Notes: generated from the letters alone by a model not told the origin. A DNA stretch of 64,000 nt from an uncultured Verrucomicrobiales bacterium (GCA_938091905.1 CALKOM010000103.1:1-64000); one strand, 5' to 3'. Shown: positions 22,513 to 33,256, counted from the stretch's first letter. Numbers and translations: made by a program.

Positions 22513-23418
22513 ATGAAAAGTGTCCACCGAATTCTCCCTCTTAGCCTCCTTGGAGGTCTTCTTGTTTCCACTCTTTGGTTAGGCCAAGCTGCCAAGGACG
22601 ATGCCGCTGCCAAAGTGCAGAAAGTCCTGCTAGTCGATGGGCAGAATAATCACAAATGGCAAGCGACCACGCCCGTTCTGAAACATGCGCTTGAGAGCAG
22701 CGGGCGTTTCACCGTAGATATCTCCACCAGCCCTAGCAAAGGATCGAAAGATGGGTGGGATAATTGGCGTCCTCAGTTTGCCGACTACGACGTGGTGGTG
22801 AGCAACTACAACGGCGAACTTTGGCCGAAGGAGGTTCAGGATTCGTTTGAGACTTATGTAAAAGGTGGCGGTGGATTCGTAACTGTGCATGCGGCCGATA
22901 ATGCCTTCCCTCAGTGGCGTGAATACAACAAAATGATCGGTCTCGGAGGATGGGGAGCTCGGAACGAGGTGAGCGGACCCTACGTTTACTACAAGGAAGG
23001 CAAGATGATTCGCGACACCTCGCCTGGTCGTGGAGGGTCCCATGGCAAGCAGTGGGAGTTCAACGTGGATACGGTGAACGCAGAGCATCCGATTATGAAA
23101 GGCTTGCCGAAGTCATGGAAGCATGCCAAGGATGAACTCTACTCGGAGCTCCGTGGTCCCGCTACGAACATGACGGTTCTAGCAACGTCTCCCAGTAAGA
23201 AGAGCAAGCGCGACGAACCCATGCTGATGGTGATGGACTATGGCAAAGGCCGTGTCTTCCACACGACGTTGGGACACGCGGACTATTCCATGAGGTGCCA
23301 GGGATTCTACACGACGTTGCAGCGTGGGACGGAGTGGGCAGGATCCGGACAAGTCACGATTCCTGTTCCTGACAATTTCCCGAAGGCAGACGCGTTGTCT
23401 CCTCTGGAGACGCCTTAA
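22513..23418 (+). CDS. ThuA-like domain protein
   Basis: DGQNNH.W, GGG.V.VHAA, DELY and [12 protein letters not shown]. Confidence 0.9.
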   Translation: MKSVHRILPLSLLGGLLVSTLWLGQAAKDDAAAKVQKVLLVDGQNNHKWQATTPVLKHALESSGRFTVDISTSPSKGSKDGWDNWRPQFADYDVVVSNYNGELWPKEVQDSFETYVKGGGGFVTVHAADNAFPQWREYNKMIGLGGWGARNEVSGPYVYYKEGKMIRDTSPGRGGSHGKQWEFNVDTVNAEHPIMKGLPKSWKHAKDELYSELRGPATNMTVLATSPSKKSKRDEPMLMVMDYGKGRVFHTTLGHADYSMRCQGFYTTLQRGTEWAGSGQVTIPVPDNFPKADALSPLETP

Positions 23419-23425
23419 GGTGCTT

Positions 23426-25270
23426 ATGCTTCGTCTATTGCTATTCGCGTCATTGCTTGGACTCACGATGTCTGAGGCGCGTCCTCGGATTGCCGTTCTA
23501 ACAGATGGCTCCCGTGAGCAACGCTGCTCCCTCGTGCGACTGCTGCTCTACCTGGATGGACTCAAACTGGAGTCTCTATTTCATCAGGGGGACGTCGCTT
23601 GGATCGAGGAGAAGCTGAGCTTTTACGCGCAGTGTCAGCTCCGGTTGCAGGAGAATGCGCCGACGTTTCCCGAGGCGGGAGAGCTTCGTGGAGCAGTGCG
23701 ACCCGCAACGGTACCGGCGATCGTGACGCAGTTGCTGCAGCCCTCGAAGGAGAAACTCCATTTCTTGGTGTGGTCAGGTGCGGACGAGGTGCTCGATGCG
23801 CTTTCACAGATTGAAAAGCAGCATGCGGACCTGAAAGCATACGTCGCCAAGCGGACATCAATCCACGTCCTTGGAGCATTAAGTGAGAGTGCGCTTGCTG
23901 TCCTGAAACAGTGGCCAGAGATGGAAGTTATCATGACGGACGAGCAGGGGACTGTTGTTGGCGAGGACTGGAAGAGCCATGTCGAAGGTGGCTATGCTGA
24001 TGTTTTGAAGAGCCATTGGATGGTAACAAACATCCTGCAAAAGCATGGTCCGCTTTGTGCAAGCTATGAGGCCCACAAAGCCGATACCGTGACTCCTTAC
24101 ATGACTGGTGATTTCTATGCGGAGTCCTCGTCGCTCACCTTCCTGAGGCTTGTGCCCAATGGTCTCGGAAGTCATATTAATCCGAGCTACGGGGGGTGGG
24201 GAGGCCGATATGTGCGGCTTCCAGGTTTCGTGAATGTATGGGAGGACGCCCGTGACGAGGAGTCTCCCGGCAAGTCGGTCTGGCGTTGGTTAACGCATAT
24301 ACAAGGGGATTGGAGTGCAAGAGCGGACTGGTGTGTGCGCGGTAAGAAGCAGGCGAACCATCCTCCCGTCGCCGCAGTAAACGGTAATGTTGGGAGCTCT
24401 GTCCTCCGGGCTAACGCCAAAGCAGGTCAGAAATTGGCGCTTGATGCGAGTGCTAGCAAAGATCCCGATGAGCAACGCATCGGGAAAGCGTGGTGGCACT
24501 ACACTGAAGCCAGTACCTATGCCGATGTGGTGGACATGGATCGCTCGCTCAAAGATAAGATCGAGTTCACGGTTCCTTTCGACACAAAGCCCCAGACTCA
24601 TCATGTCATGGTGACTGTCCGGGACGGCGGCACACCGTCGCTGTTTGCTTACAGGAGGTTGCTTGTTGAAGCGGAAGCAGGGAAGGATAGTACACCGCCC
24701 GCCACTGCTCCGGTAATCTCGGGGAAATCACTGGATGCTCGTACTATCTCTCTTTCATGGACGGCAGTGTCGGATACGGAGAGCGGGATTCGTCGATACC
24801 AGCTCTTTCGCAATGAGGTCTTACTGGCCGAGGATCTCACTGAAACGAAGTACATTGATGAGGCATTGCCGGAAGCAACGACCTTTCGTTATCATGTCGT
24901 GGCGCTCAACGGTGCTCTCTTGCCTAGTAGTGCGTCGAACTCGCTCAAATTAGCGACAATCGCGGATACGGTGGGGCCGGAACTGAATGCTGTGGGCGTG
25001 GCTTCTTCAGAACTAACACTGACATTTTCGGAAAAGCTTGAAAAACAAAGCGCTGAGATAGTAGCGAGTTATCAGTTGGATTCTGGAGCCTCCATTTCTG
25101 CTGCGAGTCTCAGTGAGGATGGGTTGACCGTTAAGCTGAAAACGTCGCCATTGCCGCTGAAGAAGAAGCCTTGTTTTCTTAAGGTCATCGGAGTGCGAGA
25201 TTTGGCCATCACGCCTAACGCAGTTCCTGCAGGCACCTCGTATAGCTTCCTTTACGAGGACGGCCGGTAG
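23426..25270 (+). CDS. DUF1593 / nucleoside hydrolase-like domain protein with Ig and FN3 domains
   Basis: PSYGGWGGRY, RW...Q.DW.ARADW and ANHPP, followed by FN3 and Ig-like domains. Confidence 0.8.
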   Translation: MLRLLLFASLLGLTMSEARPRIAVLTDGSREQRCSLVRLLLYLDGLKLESLFHQGDVAWIEEKLSFYAQCQLRLQENAPTFPEAGELRGAVRPATVPAIVTQLLQPSKEKLHFLVWSGADEVLDALSQIEKQHADLKAYVAKRTSIHVLGALSESALAVLKQWPEMEVIMTDEQGTVVGEDWKSHVEGGYADVLKSHWMVTNILQKHGPLCASYEAHKADTVTPYMTGDFYAESSSLTFLRLVPNGLGSHINPSYGGWGGRYVRLPGFVNVWEDARDEESPGKSVWRWLTHIQGDWSARADWCVRGKKQANHPPVAAVNGNVGSSVLRANAKAGQKLALDASASKDPDEQRIGKAWWHYTEASTYADVVDMDRSLKDKIEFTVPFDTKPQTHHVMVTVRDGGTPSLFAYRRLLVEAEAGKDSTPPATAPVISGKSLDARTISLSWTAVSDTESGIRRYQLFRNEVLLAEDLTETKYIDEALPEATTFRYHVVALNGALLPSSASNSLKLATIADTVGPELNAVGVASSELTLTFSEKLEKQSAEIVASYQLDSGASISAASLSEDGLTVKLKTSPLPLKKKPCFLKVIGVRDLAITPNAVPAGTSYSFLYEDGR

Positions 25271-25317
25271 AAGTGATTTCCAGTCGCCAAGCTCGAAAAC
25301 CCTTCTAGCTTCTCGCC

Positions 25318-26685
25318 ATGAGGACGTTGATTCAAAAGGTGCTCCAGCGGGAAGAACCGCTGGACGAGGTTCAAGTCGCGGGCTGGATACGGACACGCCG
25401 TGATTCCAAGACATTCTCCTTTCTTGAGCTGAATGACGGCAGTTGTTTGCAGAATATTCAGATCATTGCCGATGCCGACTTGGCTTCGTATGGTGATGTC
25501 GAGAAGCTCTCGACTGGAGCTTCTGCTGAGGTCACGGGAAAGCTGGTGCCCTCCCAGGGTAAGAATCAAAAATGGGAGCTATTGGCCACTGAGGTGCGCC
25601 TGTTAGGAACATGCCCAGATGACTATCCCTTGCAGAAGAAAGGGCATAGTCGCGAGTTTCTCCGGAGTATGGCGCATCTCCGTCCGCGTACAAACCTCTT
25701 CAGCGCCGTCTTTCGTGTTCGCAGCCGACTGGCCTATGCCGTGCACCAGTTCTTTCAGGAGCGCGGCTTTGTCTACGTCCACACGCCCATCATCACGGGA
25801 AGTGATTGCGAGGGAGCTGGTGAGATGTTTCGGGTTACCACTCTGGACCCGCACGCGATGAAGCCGCAGAAGGACGAGAACGATTTCTTCGGTACGCCTA
25901 CCTACCTCACCGTGAGTGGTCAGCTAGAGGGTGAGACGTTTGCCTGTGCCCTATCAAACATCTACACCTTTGGGCCGACTTTTCGGGCCGAGAACTCCAA
26001 CACGTCACGTCATGCCAGTGAGTTCTGGATGATTGAGCCCGAGATGGCTTTTTGTGATCTCCATGGAGACATGCAATTGGCCGAAGATATGGTGCAGTAT
26101 CTACTTAGAGATACGCTAATACATTGCGAAGCGGACCTGAGTTTCTTCAATAGGTTTGTCGATAAGGGACTTCTTCAGCGCCTGCAGCATGTGCTCGACA
26201 ACGAGTTTAAGCGGTTGCCCTACACCGAGGCTGTTGAGATTTTGACCAGGTCAAAGCAGAAATTTGATTATCCTGTGAAATACGGGCTCAACCTTCAATC
26301 AGAGCATGAACGTTACCTTACGGAGGAGTATTTTAAAACGCCGGTCACCGTGTGTGATTATCCCAAGGAGATCAAACCGTTCTACATGCGTCGCAACGAC
26401 GATGATAAGACTGTTGCCGCTATGGATCTGTTAGTGCCGGGTATCGGTGAGCTCGTCGGCGGGAGTCAGCGTGAAGAGCGCATGGATGTGCTCGAGACAA
26501 ATATGGCCCAACACGACCTCTCAATGGAGGATTACGGCTGGTATCACGATCTCCGCAGATACGGCAGTGTGCCGCATGCGGGGTTCGGTCTCGGTTTCGA
26601 GCGCCTGATCATGTTTGTCACGGGAGTCTCGAATATTCGTGACGTTATCGCCTTTCCGAGGACGCCGGGATCCGCCGGTTTTTAG
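25318..26685 (+). CDS. asnS: Asparagine--tRNA ligase
   Basis: [33 protein letters not shown] and [11 protein letters not shown]. Confidence 0.97.
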   Translation: MRTLIQKVLQREEPLDEVQVAGWIRTRRDSKTFSFLELNDGSCLQNIQIIADADLASYGDVEKLSTGASAEVTGKLVPSQGKNQKWELLATEVRLLGTCPDDYPLQKKGHSREFLRSMAHLRPRTNLFSAVFRVRSRLAYAVHQFFQERGFVYVHTPIITGSDCEGAGEMFRVTTLDPHAMKPQKDENDFFGTPTYLTVSGQLEGETFACALSNIYTFGPTFRAENSNTSRHASEFWMIEPEMAFCDLHGDMQLAEDMVQYLLRDTLIHCEADLSFFNRFVDKGLLQRLQHVLDNEFKRLPYTEAVEILTRSKQKFDYPVKYGLNLQSEHERYLTEEYFKTPVTVCDYPKEIKPFYMRRNDDDKTVAAMDLLVPGIGELVGGSQREERMDVLETNMAQHDLSMEDYGWYHDLRRYGSVPHAGFGLGFERLIMFVTGVSNIRDVIAFPRTPGSAGF

Positions 26686-26736
26686 GCTTCTTGGGCTCTT
26701 TATAGCTTGGGTCAAGGCGCCTTAGTATTACCCGCT

Positions 26737-28542
26737 TTAGTTTTGAGCGTACGCCTTGAGGCGGCCGTCGACTCCTTTCGGTAAGACGGCGTTGAGTTCC
26801 CGAAGTTCCTCTAGCCACGGAGCGATCTTTGTTCCCAGATTGTCGAGCGCGTTCCAAGCCCACAGATTCTCAAAGAGAGGCTGGTGATCTTGATTGCCAG
26901 CATCTAGCAGAGTGCCCACGGCCGGACCAAGATCTTCTGTTTTTCCAAATGTGGCGAGAGCATGCGCAGCCGTCAGCCGCGGATAGGCTGCCTCATCAGC
27001 GTACAAGGCTCTCGAGCAGCAGAAACGGCTTCTTCGCCTCGCATGGGTAGGCCCAACTCCGCCCAGTTACGCACCGCACTGTGAGAGTCAGTGAGCATTC
27101 CCCGCAGCGTGGAAATGGATCTGGGCCTCAACGATGAGGCGAGTTCTGCAGCCCCTAGGATGCTAGCGCTCTGGGTCTTGGGCCATTTCATAGGGTGTGT
27201 CGTCACCTGCTCGGCTGTGCACTTCGCCCTCGGGCAAGAAGCCCACATCTCGAATGCGCACGGCCCATTCTTGCTGGGCCCGTCGTAGCCGATTTAGGAT
27301 TTCCCGGTGCTCTGGAGAATCTGCTAAGTTGTGAATCTCATCGCGATCCTTCTCGAGATCGAACAGCTTTTCGGCGAGTTTCTCTTCCCAGAAATGACGC
27401 TGCACGGCTGTCAATTCGCCCCTGTCGTCGAGTTCGCGCCAGACGCGAGTCGTGGGTGTCTGGAAAAGATACTCGATCTACTGTCCGAGAATCTTGTGCG
27501 GCATGTAGTTACGATTGTAGATGTAGCGCTCATCGCGCACGCAGCGGATGAGTTCATAACGCTCGTCCATACGACCACGGAAGCCGTAGAGGTAGGGTTG
27601 AGAGCCTGCATCGTAAGGGCCCATGAAGGCGTGTCCGTGAAAATTTGCCGGTGGCTTGATCCCAGTGATGGAAGGTAAGGTGGCTGGAAGATCGATGAAA
27701 GATACGATTCGATCGGAAGTGCCGTTCTCTTGATACTCAGGTGGGGCCAGGTGCGTGAACTTCTCTGGCACATGCACCACAAGCGGCACATGCAACCCTG
27801 AATTGTAAGGGCAACGCTTGCTTCGTGCGATTCCGGCTCCGTGGTCACCGTAGTAGAAGATGATGGTGTCATCTGTTAATCCCGCCTTTTCGAGCGCCTT
27901 CAGATTAGCACTCACTTTGGCGCCCATTTCGGTGATCTTGTCATAGTGCTGTGCCCAGTCTTGGCGCACTTCAGGCCGATCTGGGTGGTAAGCAGGCACA
28001 CGCACTTTTCTAGGATCGTGCACCGCTTGGTGCGGCCGTTTCCTTATCTGGCTCTCGTGGCTGATCGTGTGATTGAAGATGGCAAAGAACGGCTGGTCTT
28101 CAGCGCGGTTCTTCCAATGGGCCTCTTTGCTAGACTCATCCCAAACCTTTCCCGGTTTGACCAAGTTGTAATCCTCTTTGGAATTGTTCGTGCAGTAGTA
28201 GCCGGCTGCTTGCAATAACCGTGGATAGAATTGGAAGCCAACCGGCAACCGTGTTTGGCTACGCACGTATTCGGATCCCGTGCTTGGTGGATACATGCCG
28301 GATATCAAGGTTGTCCTGGCAGGAGCACGCACAGGAGCATTCGATCACGCTTTGGTGTAACGCAGGCCGCGCTTGGCCAAGGCGTCAATGTATGGTGTTG
28401 TTGAGTAGTCGTCGCCATAGCCGCCGAGCTCCGGGCCATTGTCTTCACTGGTGATCCAGACAAAGTTGGGACGAACGGTTGCCCCGAACCCAGCGGTCGA
28501 GAGCAGGAGTGCACAAAGGAAGGCAAGAACGGAGAATCTCAT
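26737..28542 (-). pseudogene. Sulfatase with C-terminal HEAT-like region, pseudogene
   Basis: RPNFVWITSEDN; TGA at 28345; CAPAR changed to RAPAR; TAG at 27478; further breaks to the end. Confidence 0.9.
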
Positions 28543-28676
28543 AAATGACCCTCTCGCCTCCGTCGTTACATTCTGACAAGGCTTTTCCCATCGTCAGGTC
28601 TCTCGTCGTGGTTATTCTTTGGCAACTTAAATTGAATCCACACCGTTCCTCCCACGTCTCTCCTGAGACCGAAACC

Positions 28677-29159
28677 ATGCTTAATCAAGAATACGCTTAC
28701 GCTCACACCCCCAACGAACTCCCTGCCGTTGCGGATTGGCAGGACTTTGCCTCATGGTGCCGCCAGGAAGGCTGCCAAGGGCTTCCGGCCAGCGACGAGA
28801 CGCTCATGCGTTACGCCGCGGCCAAGGCGGAACGGGATCAAGCGTCTCTTGGAGATTCTCAAAAACTCGGTTGGTTCGCGTTGGCCATCTCCGTAGCCGC
28901 TCTTGTTCTCCCCATACTCGCCTATGTCGTGGTGTCCGCATTGACCATGGACCCGGAGTTAAGTGAGAAAGGTGCTCTCCTTCTGTTCTTGGGACTTCAT
29001 TTGGTTGCCCTGAGCTGCGCGTGGTTCAGCCGCGAAACGATCGAAGGTCGGGCTGCTTGGCGCACTGCGTGCCTCGCGTCCATCGTAGCGCTTCTCGCGA
29101 CCTATGCGGTTCGCGATGCCAGTGCCTTGCAAGTGATTAAGAGCTTGGTCAGCAATTAG
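28677..29159 (+). CDS. Small membrane protein with integrase-N-terminal-like segment
   Basis: WQDFASWCRQEG..GLPASDETLMRY followed by three TM helices. Confidence 0.65.
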   Translation: MLNQEYAYAHTPNELPAVADWQDFASWCRQEGCQGLPASDETLMRYAAAKAERDQASLGDSQKLGWFALAISVAALVLPILAYVVVSALTMDPELSEKGALLLFLGLHLVALSCAWFSRETIEGRAAWRTACLASIVALLATYAVRDASALQVIKSLVSN

Positions 29160-29232
29160 GGATTGGGGTATGTATTGCGGGCTTCCAGCCAGTGACCCCG
29201 GCAGGATGATGGGGCTAATCTAGATTTGCCTT

Positions 29233-30663
29233 CTAGAAAATCTTTCCTGGATTGAGCAATCCGTCGGGATCGAGTGCTGCTTTGACGCGTTTCATCAGCG
29301 CGTAACTGGCATCGCCTAACTGCTCTTTGAGGAACGGCTTCTTCGCGAGCCCAACGCCGTGTTCGCCGGTGATGGTGCCTTTAAATGCGAGTGCTTGTCT
29401 GACAATGTCCTCGATGGCATGTTCGACACGCTCCATCTCTTCATGATCGCGCTCATCTGTCAGTATCGTCGGATGAAGATTGCCGTCTCCCATGTGCCCG
29501 AAAGTCGCGATCTCGAGCCTATGCTTGTCGCCCGTCTCGGTAATGAAACGCACCATCTCGGCAAGGTGCGTGCGTGGTACTGTGACGTCTTCAAGGATGG
29601 TGGTTGGCTTGATCCGTGCTAAAGCGGAGAAGGCACTGCGTCGTGCTGCCGCCAGACGCGCCGCTTCGGCATCATCGGCAGCAATGACGATGTCGGTGGC
29701 GCCGTTCTCACGGGCCAAGGCCATCATGCGTTCGCACTCCTCGGCCACGACGGCTTCAGGCCCATCAGTTTCCATGAGCACCAGCGACTCGGCTTCTACC
29801 GGCAGCCCCGCTTTGGAGAAATCCTCCACACAACGGATCGTGGTGTTGTCGAGAAACTCCAGGGTGCAGGGAATGATCTTTGCCGCAATGATATCAGAAA
29901 CGGTTTGGGCGCCTTGATCCAACTGATTAAAGGTGGCTAACAACGTGCGACGCGCTGCCGGGCGCGGCAATAGTTTGAGCAGCACTTTGGTAATGATACC
30001 CAGCGTGCCTTCGGAGCCAATGAAGAGGTCTTTCATCGAGTAGCCGGCCACGTCTTTCACGCACTGGTTGCCTAACCAAACGACCTCACCGTCGGCCAAG
30101 ACGACTTCCAGGCCCATGACATAGTCCCGCGTCACGCCATACTTCAGCCCGCGTAGCCCGCCCGAGTTCTCAGCCACGTTTCCGCCAATGGTCGCGATCT
30201 TGAGCGAGCCCGGATCTGGCGGGTAGAAGAGCCCGTGCTTGGCGGCTTCTTCGTCGATCTTCTGAGTGATTAAGCCGGTCTCCACCAGCATGGTCAGATT
30301 CTTGTCATCGACTTCGAGGATCTGGTCTAACTGATTCAACCCAAGGACCAGACACCCTTCGACGGGGACGCTGCCGCCACTCAGGCCAGTACCTGAACCC
30401 CGTGCGACGATGGGAATGCCATGCCCGTGGGCCAAGGCGACGATGGGCCCGACATCCTCCGTGGATCGAGCCAGCGCGACTACCCCTGGACGTTCTTTCA
30501 ACGTGGCTGTGCCATCGAAGCCGTAGGGAATGAGATCGATGGGCTCGGTCAGCACTTGCTCGGCTCCAAGCAAGTCCACGAGTTCTCGACTCAGTGCAGC
30601 CCGGGCATCCTGCCCGGGACACGGCCAAGATGGCCGGGCCACCTTGGTGGTATCGGATTTCAT
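29233..30663 (-). CDS. glcD: FAD-linked oxidase, glycolate oxidase subunit GlcD-like
   Basis: RGSGTGLSGG, PDPGS...TIGGN, GSEGTLG, GHMGDGNLH and GEHGVG. Confidence 0.85.
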   Translation of the reverse strand: MKSDTTKVARPSWPCPGQDARAALSRELVDLLGAEQVLTEPIDLIPYGFDGTATLKERPGVVALARSTEDVGPIVALAHGHGIPIVARGSGTGLSGGSVPVEGCLVLGLNQLDQILEVDDKNLTMLVETGLITQKIDEEAAKHGLFYPPDPGSLKIATIGGNVAENSGGLRGLKYGVTRDYVMGLEVVLADGEVVWLGNQCVKDVAGYSMKDLFIGSEGTLGIITKVLLKLLPRPAARRTLLATFNQLDQGAQTVSDIIAAKIIPCTLEFLDNTTIRCVEDFSKAGLPVEAESLVLMETDGPEAVVAEECERMMALARENGATDIVIAADDAEAARLAAARRSAFSALARIKPTTILEDVTVPRTHLAEMVRFITETGDKHRLEIATFGHMGDGNLHPTILTDERDHEEMERVEHAIEDIVRQALAFKGTITGEHGVGLAKKPFLKEQLGDASYALMKRVKAALDPDGLLNPGKIF

Positions 30664-30773
30664 TTTAGGATCCTACTTTCTCCACGATAGGGGACCTGCT
30701 GGCAAGTCGCGAAACGCTGTTTCGCTTGCGACTTTCCGCAGCATCGCTCATCCTAACACCTAATGTTAAGGAA

Positions 30774-31358
30774 ATGATAGAAAGTTTCAATCGCCGACAG
30801 GTGGTGAAAGCGGTGGTGGCTGTGATTTGCAGTATCGTGGCTTTGGTTTGCACGGTGGCGTTCTTTTACTGGGGCCCGTTGATTGTCATGTACAACATGG
30901 GCATCGAAAATCGATCGCAGTATGCCTGGGGATGTGTTGCTGTGGGATTGTTGACTGTTCTCGTTGTGGGGTATCGGCGCTGGAAGATCGGCCAGGGGCA
31001 TTATGGTTTCGAAGATTCAGGAATCCATGTGCAGTTGGAGCCCTTGAGTGGAGGTGCGTTCGTGACTCAGATCTACGCGCAACGGGTCACGGCTCCGGCC
31101 TATCTCATTGGGCAGCTCTTTCTTTCCGCGCCCATGCAAGCGTTGAAAGCAAAGCAGTTGATCGCTGGCCGAATCCCAGTGGAACATGGGTTGGAGGACC
31201 GCCTCACCCTTTTGCTAGGCGATATGGTGCAAGTCGGTAAATGGCAGGAAGCGAAGGTCTATGAGGATCGGTGGGCCGAGCTACGTTATCTGATCCACAT
31301 AGGAAAGGTGGAATACAGTCAAAAGAAAGAGCGTGTCCGCTCGGCGCGAGATTTCTAG
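30774..31358 (+). CDS. Hypothetical membrane protein
   Basis: ORF with AAGGA upstream and two N-terminal TM helices. Confidence 0.7.
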   Translation: MIESFNRRQVVKAVVAVICSIVALVCTVAFFYWGPLIVMYNMGIENRSQYAWGCVAVGLLTVLVVGYRRWKIGQGHYGFEDSGIHVQLEPLSGGAFVTQIYAQRVTAPAYLIGQLFLSAPMQALKAKQLIAGRIPVEHGLEDRLTLLLGDMVQVGKWQEAKVYEDRWAELRYLIHIGKVEYSQKKERVRSARDF

Positions 31359-31415
31359 GTCTATTTTGTTCAAGAGTGTCGCTCCTTGGCGGCATGGTCA
31401 CTGCCAACGGCGTTT

Positions 31416-31535
31416 TTTAGACAGAATTGCAGAATTTGAAGAATTTATAGAAGGCATTGGGTGAGGAATCGAATGGTTGGGGTGGCTTCGCTCTCTGCTT
31501 CTGTAAATTTGTGTAATTCTGTAATTCTGTCTAAA
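31416..31535. repeat. 38-bp imperfect inverted repeat built from ACAGAATT-like units (MITE/REP-like hairpin)
   Basis: Arm 31416-31453 matches the reverse complement of 31498-31535 at 32/38 positions; 44-nt spacer. Confidence 0.85.
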
Positions 31536-31551
31536 CTTCCATCTCTCTAGC

Positions 31552-31818
31552 ATGTCCTTCAACTTCTCAATCGGTCGCCTCGCTCAGCTTGCTGCTTGCA
31601 TCGCACTCTTCGTCACCCTCGGTGGTTTCTCCGACGTGGCCATGAACCAGCGTGCTTGGTTACGGCTCTTTCTTATCTTCGTTGCAGGGGGCGTCTCCTT
31701 TTCTATGGTCGATCACGGAGTCGGCCTGATGGACCGCACGAATTTACGCTTCGCTTATCTGCTAGGCGGTGGGGTATTGATGGTGGCTTCGATTGTTTGG
31801 CTGAGAGCGATTGCCTAG
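31552..31818 (+). CDS. Small hypothetical membrane protein
   Basis: 88 aa with three hydrophobic segments. Confidence 0.6.
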   Translation: MSFNFSIGRLAQLAACIALFVTLGGFSDVAMNQRAWLRLFLIFVAGGVSFSMVDHGVGLMDRTNLRFAYLLGGGVLMVASIVWLRAIA

Positions 31819-32905
31819 CTGGTCAAGACTGCCGCGAAGAAAGCGAGCTAGGGAGAGCGGCATCTTGGGCCCAGGTATTCGAAGGTTCCGGTAGTAGGTG
31901 TAGACAATGGCGTCTAGCAGCCAATCGATGGCACTTCGGTGAGGCATACTTTGTCTGCGGGTGGCTGGAAGTGTCCGGCATTGGGCAAGTAATAGAGTGC
32001 ACGGAGACGTTCCGCGAGGTAGCGGAAGTCGACTGCACGGAGACGTTCCGCTGATGGCTCGCGTGTTCCTCGCTGAAGAAGTCGTATAACGGTTTCTTTT
32101 GAATCTCAAGTTGGCCATGCGGCTTTTGCAGGTTCTCCACATCGCGATCGGCGACCGTGTGGTCAATCCGATTCCTGAGGGTGTCTTGCCATGTTCCATC
32201 CGTAGGGCAGGACGGGGATAGCGGTCATGTCCAAGGTCTGCTCGGGATTGACCAAGCATACGTCCCCAGTAAGTGCATACAGGAAGATAATGGGTGGCTC
32301 GAAATTGGAGGCGGTGCGGATGGTTTCTATGGTAATGCCGGCCCCGCTTTTGGCTCCGGGATTAGCCATGGAGATGATCAAATCCGATTATCTCATAAGG
32401 AACTCGGACTGCGCACGATAGCCCTTTGATCTTCGTTTGGTGGTAATCGGCGTGTGAAGTTTCGGGTCCTCATAGACGCCATCCAGAGTGAGCACCCATA
32501 CGCTCTTCGCTACCAGTGTGTCAAGAGTGGCCCGGTGATCGGCGTCGCTACTCTCACAGTATTGATCTAGGGGAAATGGCAGGACGCCGGCGTGTTCTGT
32601 CTTAAGGTTTTCGGATAGGTCCTTCGTCGATGCGGCTGCCTTGTCCAAGCCATCGTTAGTAAGCGTATCGGCCCCTTCCGCAAAGCCAGTGATAAGACGA
32701 AGCAGGGGCGGCTGGTCTTGGTCATAGTATTCCGTGATCCTGAGGGGCTCCGGTCCACAGGGCAGTGGGGTGCACGGAGCGATCTCGAATAGACGTTGGC
32801 CAATAGCCGGGAAGACTTTCTCAAGCGCGGGCACAATTTTCGATGAGGTGTTCGTTAGATCTCGGTTCCCAGCAAAGTCGACTCGTACGGCGAGGCGCGG
32901 GCGTT
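31815..32905 (-). pseudogene. SLOG-like (nucleotide-binding Rossmannoid) domain protein remnant
   Basis: Fragments RPRLAVRVDFAGNRDL, LLRLITGFAEGAD, GVLPFP and YRAQSEFLMR*SDLII...G.TIETIRTA; multiple stops and deletions. Confidence 0.6.
31998..32051 (+). repeat. Perfect 18-bp direct repeat with 18-bp spacer
   Basis: TGCACGGAGACGTTCCGC at 31998-32015 and 32034-32051. Confidence 0.9.
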
Positions 32906-33184
32906 CAAAGTTGACATTGGCTCGGACGGCGTGGCAGACGACCTGGGTGTGCGATACTAGAAATCGAGAAATGGGACCAAGCTGGGAAGTCCGGCAAGAG
33001 GTTGTCCTTGATGAAGATTCTTGATAGGATTCGGTCGTGAGAAAGAAACGGGTCTTTATCAGTTGTGTGTCGAATGAGCTTCACAAGACTCAAGCGAACG
33101 ATCGGTTTGTTTCTTCCCGTGCTGGCTTAGCAAGATAGATCTTGCTGTCTAATACGAGTCACGCGTTTTTGAGGAGCGTGTTGT

Positions 33185-33256
33185 GTAGCGTAACTTTCCA
33201 AAGGCGCGATTTGGGTAAACTCGACTGTCACTTACGACTTTGGAAAGTCGAGCTAC
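33185..33256. repeat. Inverted pair of GTAG-type REP elements (REPIN-like)
   Basis: GTAGCGTAACTTTCCAAAGGCGCG (+) and GTAGCTCGACTTTCCAAAGTCGTA (-) are 18/24 identical; each is GTAG plus a palindrome. Confidence 0.7.

Noticed and set aside
31998..32051. Mini CRISPR array
   Set aside because: Only two 18-bp repeats with an 18-bp spacer; no leader or cas genes.
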